A stretch of DNA of 62,676 nucleotides, the filler included, from Collodictyon triciliatum (lineage: Eukaryota), in NCBI GenBank assembly GCA_043381765.1. It is 31 parts of 31 records of this genome, joined end to end, with 100 filler letters (N's around TTAATTAATTAA, not from the genome) between each part and the next. Parts side by side here need not be neighbours in the genome. Positions count along the whole stretch, not along the records: positions 24,128 to 26,036 come from JBHJMP010009929.1; positions 26,137 to 28,045 come from JBHJMP010009930.1; positions 28,146 to 30,048 come from JBHJMP010009931.1; positions 30,149 to 32,056 come from JBHJMP010009932.1; positions 32,157 to 34,063 come from JBHJMP010009933.1; positions 34,164 to 36,647 come from JBHJMP010009934.1; positions 36,748 to 38,653 come from JBHJMP010009935.1; 24 more parts are not named here. One strand, written 5' to 3'. Under the pieces are notes generated by a model that was given only the letters and a program-made list of their open reading frames with translations, had not been told where the DNA came from and did not search any database. The stretch's first letter is position 1. Each line of letters begins with the position of its first letter. Below are positions 25,875 to 38,753 of the stretch, in pieces. The translations under genes were made by a program, and so were the position numbers.

Positions 25875-26997
25875 TGCTGGTCTGGCCGGGTACGGGCTGC
25901 TGTGTGCCTGTTTGGAGGTGGCGCCGCTTTTGTTTGATGTTTGTTGTTTGTTGTTTGTTGTTTGTTGTTTGTTGTTTGTTGTTTGTTGTTTGTTGTTTGT
26001 TGTTTGTTGTTTGTTGTTTGTTGTTTGTTGTTTGTTNNNNNNNNNNNNNNNNNNNNNNNNNNNNNNNNNNNNNNNNNNNNTTAATTAATTAANNNNNNNN
26101 NNNNNNNNNNNNNNNNNNNNNNNNNNNNNNNNNNNNTTTTTTTTGTTTGGACTCAGATGTATGGGAAAATAATGCTGTAACAACAGAAAAGGGGCTTCTT
26201 TCGGCGCCGCTTCCCAATGTTCTCGTTCTACCTGGCTTGCAGTCCGAGGCGATAGGCCACAGCAACAGAAACCACACCTTCTCATTTAATTTCCATCTCA
26301 CATAGGTACTTTATTTAACTGTATGCAGCGCCACTGGAAAATTGGTTGGGAAATCATGAGCACAGCTACTTTTACACGACAGCGGAGACACAAGCGCCGG
26401 GTCGTGCAGAGCTTCAGCAGCCAGATACAACGACGGTGTTCGAAGGAGTCCTTCTGCCCTTAAAATCTAATGCGGAAATTATTGAATTTTTTTTATTAAT
26501 TCTTGCAAATTTTATCGTTCCTTTAAAAAATGTGAATTATGATGCTTGTGTAATATTTTTATTGAATTGAATAATTATATGAATTCAATCACCACAATGG
26601 CGATGTGGTTTTGTGGCGTCCATATAAGCTCAGGAACAATCTAGTGCAGGTTATAAGCTCAAATGCGCTTTCCATCACCCAAGCCCAAACGTGCTGAAGT
26701 CATTATTCCCAAGCAGCAATCAGGCCTAAGCCAGACAAACACAATACCCTATCTCTCACATGCCTCACAAATCTCCGAGGCAAAGCATGGGAGGAACACA
26801 CAGCAAACATCCACCCAAGACACTAAGCAGATCAAACTCCCCCGAAAGAAAAAGAAAACAAAGATCCCCAATCGAGGCTGAACAATGAGACAAATACAAT
26901 AATAACAATGATGATGAACTTACGCGTCCAACACAAGCGCGAAGAAAGCTCACCGCACTAATCAGAATCCCGATCCGCGTCTCAAAGCACAGCCGAA

Positions 26998-27447
26998 ATG
27001 AGCGTCAACCTGACTGGAGTGTGGAACTTCGACGCAGCCGCCAGCTCGGACCCCGAACCCGTGGCCCTCCTGGAAGGCTTCAACTGGGCCATGCGCAAGC
27101 TGATCAGCAGCGTGACGGCGTTCACGGTCACCATTGTGCAGGACGGAGACGACTTTGACTTCAAGCTGGAGTCTGCAGCCAAGAGCGACTTCCTTGTCAT
27201 CACGATCGGCTCGGCGCCCGTGGAGAAGGACATCGACGGGATTCCCAACAAGATCAACGTCTTCTACGACGACGACGGGAAAGTCATTGTCGAGCAGAAC
27301 CGCTTCACAGACGCTGAGGGCCGAAGAGTCCTGCGCGCTCATCGCCGCTCCTTGGAGGACGACGGCAAGACTCTGATCCAATACACCACCGTGGACGTCG
27401 AGGGCGAAAGCGCCTTCTGCCGCCGCGTCTTCCGCAAGGTCGAATAA
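26998..27447 (+). CDS. FABP/CRABP-like calycin (intracellular lipid-binding protein fold)
   Basis: 149 aa, no signal peptide. N-terminal NLTGVW (GxW), G-F-N-W-A-M-R-K portal helix, IVQDGDDF, and C-terminal CRRVFRK. Strong GC3 codon bias. Confidence 0.8.
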   Translation: MSVNLTGVWNFDAAASSDPEPVALLEGFNWAMRKLISSVTAFTVTIVQDGDDFDFKLESAAKSDFLVITIGSAPVEKDIDGIPNKINVFYDDDGKVIVEQNRFTDAEGRRVLRAHRRSLEDDGKTLIQYTTVDVEGESAFCRRVFRKVE

Positions 27448-28145
27448 TCTGCCCTGCCTCTCGACTCGCCTGCTTGTCGAAGCTCGTCTGCTTCGTCCCC
27501 TCCCTTTCCCCCACCCCATAAACTCACTTGCACACCCGCAAAGCTCTTCTCGCTCAGCCTTGGTTGCCATTCCAGCTTGCCGCGGCTGCTTCTGGTGTCC
27601 TGTGCTGTCTCTCTTGGCTGTCGCGTGTCTGAATCCCGTATCGTGCGGGTTATCTCCCCCTGCCGCCTGCGCCCTTGACGGTGCTCCACATATGCAAGTA
27701 CCATACATCACCATTGTGGAATTTTCTTCAACGGAATGGGTTTTTGCCAAGGGAAAACACGAGGACGAAAATAAGAGAAATAAAACTAGATGAGCCTGGA
27801 ACTGTGAGAAATCGACAAAAGACATAGTTCCGACTACTTCATTGCTGTGTTTTACTGACACGCCAATAATATACTTGTCGTTCTTAAGCCTTTCTTTTCC
27901 ATTATTCGCTTTCCTTTCCTCTCCTTTCCTTTTTCTTTTCTTTTCCCTTTTCTTTCTCTTTCTCTTTCTCTTTCTCTTTCTCTTTCTCTTTCTCTTTCTC
28001 TTTCTCTTTCTCTTTCTCTTTCTCTTTCTCTTTCTCTTTCTCTTTNNNNNNNNNNNNNNNNNNNNNNNNNNNNNNNNNNNNNNNNNNNNTTAATTAATTA
28101 ANNNNNNNNNNNNNNNNNNNNNNNNNNNNNNNNNNNNNNNNNNNN

Positions 28146-28680
28146 CATTTTTTATCATTTTTTATCATTTTTTATCATTTTTTATCATTTTTTATCATTT
28201 TTTATCATTTTTTATCATTTTTTATCATTTTTTATCATTTTTATCATTTTTATCATTTTTATCATTTTTATCATTTTTATCATTTTTATCTTTTTTATCA
28301 TTTTTTATCATTTTTTATCATTTTTTTATCATTTTCTATCATTTTCTATCATTTTCTATCATTTTCTATCATTTTCTATCATTTTCTATCATTTTCTATC
28401 ATTTTCTATCATTTTTTATCATTTTTTATCATTTTTATCATTTTCTATCATTTTTTATCATTTTTTATCATTTTTATCATTTTTATCATTTTTATCATTC
28501 TTTATCATTCTTTATCATTCTTTATCATTCTTTATCATTCTTTATCATTGTTATCATTTTTATCATTTTTATCATTTTTATCATTTTTATCATTTTTATC
28601 ATTTTTATCATTTTTATCATTTTTATCATTTTTATCATTTTTATCATTTTTATCATTTTTATCATTTTTATCATTTTTCA
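28146..28680. repeat. (CATTTTTAT)n 9-10-mer array made of homogeneous blocks of variants
   Basis: Successive runs of CATTTTTTAT, CATTTTTAT, CATTTTCTAT and CATTCTTTAT. Confidence 0.95.
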
Positions 28681-30148
28681 TATTTCTTCAACACTGTAAT
28701 ATTTTCGGCAGTAAAAAGTCAAAGTCAATTACATTTTTTTGTCATTTGTAACATGGCTGTTTTTTACGCTTTTTCAAATGGTGCTGTAATTACACGACAA
28801 AAAGACGCACACACTTCAAATTAGGCGTGGATAAAACAAGAAGGGCATCAAAAACCCAAAACAAAAAGCCAAAACAAATACAGAAACAAAAAATAACGAA
28901 GAAAAAAAAACCGCGCAATGCAAAGACTCGTGTGTTCTTGTTTTTTCGCAAAAAAGAAAAAAAGTTTATTTACACCAAACACAACACGCCGCGTGTGTAA
29001 ATAACTCTTTCCTTGGCAACACTCTCCCTGTCTTCATCCCTGCATAACTTTGTTGTGACTGTGAACATTTCCCATACCGTTTGAAGTATATCGCCCTCAT
29101 TTGCGTTCGAGAAATAAAAAACACAGGTTATCATGGACAGCAGGAAACTTGCTGGAGAAGGCAGAGANNNNNNNNNNNNNNNNNNNNNNNNNNNNNNNNN
29201 NNNNNNNNNNNNNNNNNNNNNNNNNNNNNNNNNNNNNNNNNNNNNNNNNNNNNNNNNNNNNNNNNNNNNNNNNNNNNNNNNNNNNNNNNNNNNNNNNNNN
29301 NNNNNNNNNNNNNNNNNNNNNNNNNNNNNNNNNNNNNNNNNNNNNNNNNNNNNNNNNNNNNNNNNNNNNNNNNNNNNNNNNNNNNNNNNNNNNNNNNNNN
29401 NNNNNNNNNNNNNNNNNNNNNNNNNNNNNNNNNNNNNNNNNNNNNNNNNNNNNNNNNNNNNNNNNNNNNNNNNNNNNNNNNNNNNNNNNNNNNNNNNNNN
29501 NNNNNNNNNNNNNNNNNNNNNNNNNNNNNNNNNNNNNNNNNNNNNNNNNNNNNNNNNNNNNNNNNNNNNNNNNNNNNNNNNNNNNNNNNNNNNNNNNNNN
29601 NNNNNNNNNNNNNNNNNNNNNNNNNNNNNNNNNNNNNNNNNNNNNNNNNNNNNNNNNNNNNNNNNNNNNNNNNNNNNNNNNNNCGCATAGACTTGATGAA
29701 GTTGAAGAGAATCACCAATCAGGCAAAGACGAGCGACAGCAAAAACGAGGCATTTATATCGAGAACCGCCAGCGGTCTCTGTATCGATTTTTCTCCCCGA
29801 GACCCGACCATGTAAGCTGCCCGGCATTCAAACAGCGAAAGGACACCATTTTATTCCAACATAAGTGCAATGTCCTATTTACTTTTTTATCTTAACCTTT
29901 TTATCTCTTTTTTTTATCTTTTTTTATCTCTTTTTTTATCTCTTTTTTTATCTCTTTTTTTATCTCTTTTTTATCTCTTTTTTTATCTCTTTTTTTATCT
30001 CTTTTTTTATCTCTTTTTTTATCTCTTTTTTTATCTCTTTTTTTATCTNNNNNNNNNNNNNNNNNNNNNNNNNNNNNNNNNNNNNNNNNNNNTTAATTAA
30101 TTAANNNNNNNNNNNNNNNNNNNNNNNNNNNNNNNNNNNNNNNNNNNN

Positions 30149-32056
30149 AAGCAACATGCAAATCGTGTCCAGCTGGTGCATGCAACAATAAAACTGGCAC
30201 ATTTAATCAATCATCATGTATTTCATGCCCAAACGGAAGCTACAGCTTATCTGGAAGCTCATCATGCATCTCATGTTCACCAGGACTCTATCAAAAAGAA
30301 AGCATCACAAAAGACTCCGAATCATGCTATGCTTGTCCAAAAGGCTCATTCAACTCATACCCTGGCTCATATGGAAACAAGTCATGCATTGAATGTCCAC
30401 AAGGCACTTGGAATGATAGAGATGGTCAAGCATCATGCACATCATGTCCAGCTGGTACATACAACAACAGAACTGGCTCGTTCAATCAATCATCATGTAT
30501 TTTATGTCCAAACGGAAGCTACAGCTCAGAGAGAAGCTCGTCATGCAGTCTGTGCTTATCAGGATTCTATCAAAAAGAAGAAATCACAAAAGACTCACAG
30601 TCATGTTATGCTTGTCCAAAAGGCTCATTCAACTCAAACTCTGGCTCATATGGAAACAAATCATGCATCGAATGTCCACAAGGCACTTGGAATGATAAAC
30701 ATGGTCAAGCATCATGCACATCGTGTCCACCTGGTACATGCAACAATAAAACTGGCTCATTTAACCAATCATTGTGCATTTCATGTCCGAATGGAAGCTA
30801 CAGCTCAGAAAGAAGTGTATCATGCAGCTTATGCTCACCAGGGTTCTATCAAAAAGAAGGAGTCAAAAAAGACTCCAAATCATGCTATGCTTGTCTAAAA
30901 GGCTCATTCAACTCAAACTCCGGCTCATATGGAAACTCATCATGTATTGAATGTCCACAAGGTACTTGGAATGATAGAGATGGTCAGGCATCATGCACAT
31001 CGTGTCCACCTGGTACATGCAACAATAAAACTGGCTCATTTAACCAATCATTGTGCATTTCATGTCCGAATGGAAGCTACAGCTCTTTTGGAAGTGCATC
31101 ATGCAGCTTATGCTCATCAGGATTCTATCAAAAAGAAGATATCACAAAAGACTCCAAATCATGCTATGCTTGTCCAAAAGGCACATTCAACTCAAACTCC
31201 GGCTCATATGGAAACAAATCATGTATCGAATGTCCAAAAGGCACTTGGAATGATAGAGATGGTCAAGCATCGTGCACATCATGTCCAGCTGGTACATTCA
31301 ACAATCAAACTGGCTCATTCAATCAATCATCATGCATTTCATGTCCAAACGGAAGCTACAGCTCAGCTGGAAGTGCATCATGCAGCTTATGTTCATCAGG
31401 ATTGTATCAAAAAGAAGAAATAATCAAAGATTCAAAATCATGCTATGCATGTCCAAAAGGCTCATTCAACTCAAACTCCGGCTCATATGGAAACAAATCA
31501 TGCATCGAATGTCCACAAGGTACTTGGAATGATAAGGATGGTCAAGCATCATGCACATCATGTCCAGCTGGCACATTCAACAATCAAACTGGCTCATTCA
31601 ATCAATCGTCATGCATTGAATGTCCAAATGGAACCTACAGCTCAGAAAGAAGCGCATCATGCAATTCATGTCCTACTCGCTCAACAACAACCTCAAAAGG
31701 TTCTAAATCAATCGATGAGTGCAAATGCATATATTCTTATGTATCATTCAATGGTGCTTGCACATGCCCTCCGGGACAGTTTGAGGACGAAAATATATGT
31801 GTTCCATGCAGACTTAGTTCATACAAATCAACAAATGGCACAAATTTCTGCCTTTCATGCGGAGATAAGTTTACGACAAAAAATAATGGCTCGATTACTT
31901 CAACCGATTGCGTTTGTAGTACTGGATTTGAACTCAGGAATTCTAATTGCGAATGCAAACCTGGATGGTATGAAAAGCAAAAGAACTGTTACGAATGTCC
32001 ACCAAGCACTTACAATGAAAATTATGGACAGACATTGTGCAAAGAATGCCCAATAA
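30149..32056 (+). CDS. Cys-rich repeat surface protein (GCC2/GCC3, ephrin-receptor-like CxxCPxGxY repeats), internal fragment
   Basis: The frame is open from the contig start, upstream of the listed 30772 start. A 279-bp (93-aa) unit starts at 30166, 30445, 30724, 31003, 31282 and 31561. Many N-x-S/T sequons. Confidence 0.9.
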
Positions 32057-32342
32057 NNNNNNNNNNNNNNNNNNNNNNNNNNNNNNNNNNNNNNNNNNNN
32101 TTAATTAATTAANNNNNNNNNNNNNNNNNNNNNNNNNNNNNNNNNNNNNNNNNNNNTTTCTTTTGTTTTTCTTTTGTTTTTCTTTTGTTTTTCTTTCGTT
32201 TTTCTTTCGTTTTTCTTTCGTTTTTCTTTCGTTTTTCTTTCGTTTTTCTTTCGTTTTTCTTTCGTTTTTCTTTCGTTTTTCTTTCGTTTTTCTTTTGTTT
32301 TCTTTTATTATTGTTGGAGAGGACTGAAAAAACTGTCAAGAG

Positions 32343-32738
32343 ATGCTCTTCAAAGCAATCATTGAATTCGAGAAACATGCCCGCATAGCCTCCACAAAAG
32401 CAAACACGTCAACAAAGACTTTATGCCCCTTTCAACCCAATCAGCTGCTACAAGCCCGAAAAGGTAAGACCACCTTGTGTGCCACCTCAACCCTCGTACA
32501 TTCGTGCTGCCATATCGCCTCTTATTTTTTTTATTTTTTAGTTATGCTCTTTTCCATCTCTCAAAAAATGTGAATTATGGTCCTTTCAGAACTTAATCAT
32601 GTCGCGGAGCCTACGCCAACCAAGTTCCAAGGCCCTGTCAACCCCTTCCAAGCTAAGCTTCAGCAAGCCATGCAAAGTCGACGTGCGCACATTGAAGACA
32701 ACACAGAGGCTATTGACGATGATTGGACACTAAGTTAA
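32343..32738 (+). CDS. C-terminus with WH2-Central-Acidic (VCA/WCA)-like motif; putative Arp2/3 nucleation-promoting factor
   Basis: Phase-1 intron 32464-32589 gives QLLQARK|ELNHV...FQAKLQQAMQSRRAHIEDNTEAIDDDWTLS*. Confidence 0.65.
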
Positions 32739-33675
32739 GCGCTGGGTGTAGATATTTAAAAAAAGAAGCGGTATTCCCATTCTGTCCTTTCTTTCTGTCA
32801 TCATCGGCACGGAACGCCGCATGTGTTGATTTCAGTACACGAAGCAGTCGAGAGACGCTATCCTACAGGCTCAAACTAGCTACAGTTTTCTTCTTTCTTC
32901 ACCAGCCGCCAATCCTGTTTATTTACAGCATTCATTCGCTCCCACTGTCTCTATCCTTCTCTTTTATCTTGGCAAAAGCTGTGCCTCCACAGGGCATTAA
33001 ACTCTGCCACTGTGTCGTGTTTCCTTGCAAAAGCGTACTCCCCGCGCCATCGGGTGACACACACGAATAAATTAGGCAGCACAATGTGAATTTTCCGTCT
33101 CCACCAAAATTGGCACCCTGTTTCCTTTTCTGCACTGTTCAGCCGGCTATATAATCTGTGAAGAACCTGTTATAGGCGGAAGCTGTCAAATTCTCTGGCC
33201 CAACGCAGGCGACCCAAACAAGACCCAAAGCCCAACGCCCAAAGACTAAGACAGAGTTACATGGCTGGCGAGTGGATGCGTTGATTAAGAACATGTTTTG
33301 CCAAGTGATCCTGTACAAACGGCACAGAGCTCCGCAGATTGTCTATCAAATCGTTTTTATAATTTTTTTTTCTTTGCCAACCTTTGACATTATAATTGCG
33401 ATTGTTTGCTATTATGCTTGTGCGCGGCTATCGCAATCACTCGCAGTCCCCCGTCTAGTATTGCCTGTCACACTATTCCCAACACCTTCTCGGGTTGCCA
33501 TTTTTTTCTCTTTCACTTCGCCTCTCTGCCCCGGCAACCATTTAATCTGCTTGGCTGGCTGTTGTCATTATCGGGTGTGTTTGTTTTTTATCACCAGACA
33601 TATGATAAGACTGGGGTGATGCATTCCCAAGACGTAGCTCGATTGACACAATAAACAAAAGGAAACGCCAACAAG

Positions 33676-33786
33676 ATGCCTGCCATCAGACTATTCGTGG
33701 GGTACGGAGACTTTCATCGGGTCTTTGCTGTCAATTTGGGTGAGGCCACGACCGTGGGCGAAGTTAAGCAACAACTCTCAACAAAG
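33676..33786 (+). CDS. First exon of a protein with a ubiquitin-like N-terminus
   Basis: MPAIRLFVGYGDFHRVFAVNLGEATTVGEVKQQLSTK followed by donor GTAAAT; UBL-like IxLFV...TVxEVKxxL pattern. Confidence 0.5.
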
Positions 33787-34624
33787 GTAAATCCCTCTCA
33801 TTTTTCTCTTCCTCTTCCTCTTCCTCTTCCTCTTCCTCTTCCTCTTCCTCTTCCTCTTCCTCTTCCTCTTCCTCTTCCTCTTCCTCTTCCTTTTCCTTTT
33901 CCTTTTGCTTTTCCTTTTCCTTTTCCTCTTTTCTTTTCTTTTTCTTGTCTTTTTCTTTTTCTTTTTCTTACTCTTATTCTTACTCTTATTCTTACTCTTA
34001 TTCTTACTCTTATTCTTACTCTTATTCTTACTCTTATTCTTACTCTTATTCTTACTCTTATTCNNNNNNNNNNNNNNNNNNNNNNNNNNNNNNNNNNNNN
34101 NNNNNNNTTAATTAATTAANNNNNNNNNNNNNNNNNNNNNNNNNNNNNNNNNNNNNNNNNNNNTCGCTTTCAAGAAGGAGGCGAGCGCATCTGTGAGCCT
34201 GCGGGCCTTGTTCTTGTTGTAAACGACTTGCTCGACCCCGTGCAAAAATACTGTCCGATCAGACAGACTTGCGAGCGGCTTCCATGCACAGGTCTTTCTA
34301 GACTTACCTGCAACTCGGGGTTACTCCGCACCCGTGTTGGAACCAGAAGAACTGGCTGCAACTTGCAAAGCTTTCGGAGGGTTACTGATAGTGTTTTCTG
34401 TCATGTGCAACAAGCTTGAGTGCCCCTATATAACAAGACAAACATGTCGAATTCTTCTAAGTATTATATTTCAAAGTTGAAATTTTTTTTATCGAATGTG
34501 GGATAATGCCGTTCACGACCATAATTTTGGTCAATTCACCAAAATAATATTTAAAAGCAGAGTGGATAGATATTTTCAAAAAAATTAAGTACATAGGCGC
34601 GAGATGTGGTGGATTGGCCTTGGT

Positions 34625-36130
34625 TTGCTAGCCATCATTTGCGTGGGCGCTACTTGGTGGCCGAGTGGCGGAGAAGTAGTCGGTAATCAGGAATTGCATC
34701 CTGCGGTTTGGCCTGTAGCCTGGGTCTTGTGCTTGCATGAGAGAGGCAAGATGAGGTTTAATATATTTCTCAGCCTCTTTCCACATGTCTCTTCTCACGG
34801 GGTCTGAGTAGTGGAGAACGTACAGGTGGCGGAGGAAGCTATTGAGGAAAGAGATTTGTATGATGTCATTCAGCCTGTTATCAGGAATGGGTGGCTGGTT
34901 GTTGAGTCATGCTTTGTGTGAGTACATGCGCGCTATCCACATAGTCCATAGCGAATGGCCTCGCGTCAATGCCCAGAATGTTTTTGCATCTGGACGCAGC
35001 TGTTGTAGAGGCCCAAATATCGCCTGGATTGGGCCAACAGCCGCAGCTGTCTTGAGTGTCAGTCGAAGAATCTCGCTGGCTGTTTCGCGCAGGTTTTGAG
35101 CGAAAGGACATTGCACAAATGTGTGCTCAATGGATTCATCACCATTGCTGCAAAGTGTGCATTGTTGGGAGACTTTGCCAGCTTTTGCCGCGCGTGTGCC
35201 TATCCATAGCTCCCTATTGGTGATATTAAGCATTAGAGAGCGGCGATTTGGAAGGACTTGCGGGGTTGGTGCTTGTCTCCAGATTGCGGTGAGCGGGGTG
35301 TGGGTGATGCTCAGTGTTTCTCCCCACCGTTGATGTTTTGACTTTTTGTAGGGTGTCGGCGGCGATATTTTGTATCGAAAGAATTTGGAGTAGGCCATAG
35401 CCATCGAGAACTGCATAGACTGTGCACCGTTAGACGAGCGTTCGTTCTTGAGGCGGAAAAAGAATGGAGATGGGATGTCGTATGAGATTGGTCTGCGTGA
35501 GCGACATTTTCCTTTGTTATTCAGGACGGCTGTGGTTGGCTGTGCATATTGTGTGCGGAGTGCGGTGGAGCTTGGCGTTGTGATGTACGAGCCGCCTTCT
35601 TTGAATGAGATTTCTCTGATGGTGGCCGCGATGCCTTCGTGAACCTGTTTGATGATGCAGAAGCCTTTCTGGTTGTCCCAGCATATTTGTCCTGCTGCCA
35701 ATGGCTCGTTCAGGGGTATTGTCATTTCGCAGTGAGTATACAGAATCTGCCAACGCGAGAGCAAAGGCTCTGGTGTATTTGGAGGTGGTCGTGGGATTGT
35801 TCTTTGTTGCAACTGTGTTTTGAAGTCTGCACACAGTTTGGTGATGAGTTTCCACATCCCAGTTTGCCAAAACCCTTTCGGCTGCATGAACATGTCCGTC
35901 CACCACTTCATGGTCAGTGATATCCATGCGGTTTTGGGTGTGATGAGTCCAACGCCTCCTTCTGTGGGTGGCTTAATCAGTGTTTTGATTTTGTATTGCT
36001 GTCTCTTTGTTGTGATGAAGGTGCGGCATATGCTCTCCAGTGTGTCGAGATGCTTTTGTGGTAGATGAGAGCCCTTCATGTTGTGGATGAGGGTCGATAG
36101 CATGAGTTGGTTCCATAGCCTCGCTTTTCC
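34625..36130 (-). mobile_element. L1/Tx1-type LINE ORF2 C-terminal region (post-RT, zf-RVT CCHC knuckle), disrupted
   Basis: KPPTEGGVGL, CTLCSNGDESIEHTFVQC and LWTMWIAR motifs. In-frame TGA at 34907 and a frameshift near 34795. Confidence 0.9.
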
Positions 36131-36140
36131 NNNNNNNNNN

Positions 36141-36647
36141 GGTGGAGCCTGGCGTTGTGATGTGCGAGCCGTCTTCTTTGAATGATATTTCTCTGATGGT
36201 GGCCTCGTTTCCTTCGTGAATCTGTTTGATGATGCAGAAGCCTTTCTGGTTGTCCCCGAATATTTGTCCTGCTGCTAATGGCTCGTTCAGGGGTATTTTC
36301 ATTTCGCAGTGAGTATACAGAATCTGCCAACGCGAGAGCAAAGGCTCTGGTGTATTTGGAGGCGGTTGTGGGATTGTTCTTTGTTGCAACTGTGTTTTGA
36401 AGTCTGCACACAGTTTGGTGAGGAGTTTCCACATCCCAGTTTGCCAGAGCCCTTTCGGCTGCATGAACATGTCCGTCCACCACTTCATGGTCAGTGATAT
36501 CCATGCGGTTTTGGGTGTGATGAGTCCAACGCTTCCTTCTGTGGGTGGCTTAATCAGTGTTTTGATTTTGTATTGCTGTCTCTTTGTTGTGATGAAGGTG
36601 CGGCATATGCTCTCCAGTGTGTCGAGATGCTTTTGTGGTAGATGAGA
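36141..36647 (-). mobile_element. Second, slightly diverged copy of the same LINE segment (matches about 35565-36070) across a 10-N gap
   Basis: Near-identical sequence with scattered substitutions (GFW/GLW, ICWD/IFGD). Confidence 0.85.
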
Positions 36648-37002
36648 NNNNNNNNNNNNNNNNNNNNNNNNNNNNNNNNNNNNNNNNNNNNTTAATTAAT
36701 TAANNNNNNNNNNNNNNNNNNNNNNNNNNNNNNNNNNNNNNNNNNNNACAAAAAACACATACAAAAAACACATACAAAAAACACATACAAAAAACACATA
36801 CAAAAAACACATACAAAAAACACATACAAAAAACACATACAAAAAACACACACGCAGACAAAACACACACGCAGACAAAACACACCCACAACACATAAAT
36901 ACCCTCCCATTTGCCACAGATTGAAATGAACAATAAAATACGCACACATATATTGTCTGTGAACGTGACGTTGTTCTAATCTATTCAAATTAATACATAT
37001 AG

Positions 37003-38495
37003 GTCTTTTCTTGTCTTTTAACCGTATCTTTGGTTTCATGTGTTCTCTGCACTTTCAGTAACCCTGCTGATATTCTTGTAAAAAAGAAGTATTTTGTCAA
37101 AGACGACACAAGTGAAACCGAAAAGGGTAGTGCTGGAAATAAGATCGATGAATCCACATTTCCTCTTTATTGCCCATTCTGCGAAGTAAATGTGTATGTA
37201 ACTATGTATATTAAATATTTTCCTCCTCTGTGTATATTTGTATCTTATTCCTTGTCCAGTTCATTCTCTCCTTATTATCATACTTAATATATATATGATA
37301 TGAATCCCTGAGTCTTAAATATATTTGCATATATTTAAATTTTTTCAACTCCTTGATAGCTAAACTATCGTGTGTTTTTTTGTTTCATATACTTCTGTTT
37401 AATCTAATTTGATTTTATTTATTCATATGTCCTAGACATATACCTCTAATATCCTATATAATCAAAAAAATTATGTAACTTCCAACCTTTGAAACAGGAG
37501 ACAGAAAAGCAAGCATTGCAGGATATGTGATAAATGTGTTGGTGTTTTCGATCATCGTATGTTTACCTTATTGTTTTTCATTCTACTGTCACTCATTTAT
37601 CTACTTATCAATTATTTCATGTAATTTGAGGTAGAATCATGTCGCCATGAGTTTTTTTTTTTTTTTGATACTATCTTACCTTTCGATACAAAATTATTAT
37701 GAAAATACATTTTACGGCCTACTCATGTTTAGATTAAAATCCTTTTTATAATGTCAATGTTTAGATTGCAAATGGTTAAATAATTGTGTAGGGGAGACTA
37801 ATTACAGGTAATTTACTATATAAGCTCATACAGAGATGGACGCTATGTGTAATTCTTTATGAAAAAACAATTTGGATCGAATGAATGAAACTTTTAAAAC
37901 CATATGATTTATATCATACTTTTATTTTTTCATTTTATTAGAATATTCTTCGTTTATGTCGCTTCTGTTTTTATGACGGCCTCTTGTATATTCATTGTGA
38001 GCTTGGTCTTGATGGTTGGAATTATAAAAAAAGAATCCATTGTATTTGGTATCGTACCAATAAAGGATGGTATGAAGAAAATTTAATTAAATTGATATTA
38101 TAGTTTGTAGATCACTGACTTCACATACACATTTTTTTATTTTTTTTTTAATATAAAGACTGTCTATTAAAAATTATAATTATTGTTCGAATAAAGGAAA
38201 AAAAATTATATTTATTCTCAACGTCAAAAAAAAAGTTTATCCTAAAAGTTCAAAACCACAGCTGTCTTTCATGAACATGTCCATAAGGCACTATCTATTA
38301 GTTTTCATAATTAATTTCCCCCCCCCCCCCCCCTCTTTTTTTTTTTTTTTTTTTTTTTCTCTTGACACATAGCCAACCATGTATTTCCTTCACTCGAAGC
38401 AACAGGATGTGCTACAATTGCTGGATTTTTCGTTTTCATATCCCTGCCGACCTCATATTTAATCGGACAGCTTTTATTCTTTCATATATTTTTAG
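37003..38495 (+). CDS. DHHC-type protein S-acyltransferase (palmitoyltransferase), 5 exons
   Basis: NPAD...YCPFCEVNV|RQKSKHCRICDKCVGVFDH|HCKWLNNCVGETNYR|IFFVYV...|...QLLFFHIFL. An intron splits the DHHC motif. Confidence 0.93.
38185..38200 (+). mobile_element. Possible minimal (about 16 bp) LINE 3'-end stub in a DHHC intron
   Basis: TCGAATAAAGGAAA flanked by AAAAATTATAATTATT / AAAAATTATATTTATT (one mismatch, AT-rich). Confidence 0.55.
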
Positions 38496-38753
38496 GTATA
38501 GCTCTCAAACTTGATTCTTGTTCTGTGCTATTTTGATGACATTTCTTGTTGTTCTAATGGCTCCTTTCTTGACTTTCTGGTTCTGAACCCCCCCCCCCCC
38601 CCCCCTTTCCCCCCCTTTTTTCAATCCCACCCCACCCACCAACACTTTTCATANNNNNNNNNNNNNNNNNNNNNNNNNNNNNNNNNNNNNNNNNNNNTTA
38701 ATTAATTAANNNNNNNNNNNNNNNNNNNNNNNNNNNNNNNNNNNNNNNNNNNN

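Noticed and set aside
30176-32056. Long His-rich alternative-frame ORFs as an overlapping gene
   Set aside because: They are shadows of the TCA/TGC/TGT codon usage in the Cys/Ser repeats and are interrupted by stops.
36141-36647. True tandem duplication of a LINE segment
   Set aside because: It is separated by a placeholder gap and this scaffold breaks the length order, so mis-scaffolding of another copy or allele is more likely.
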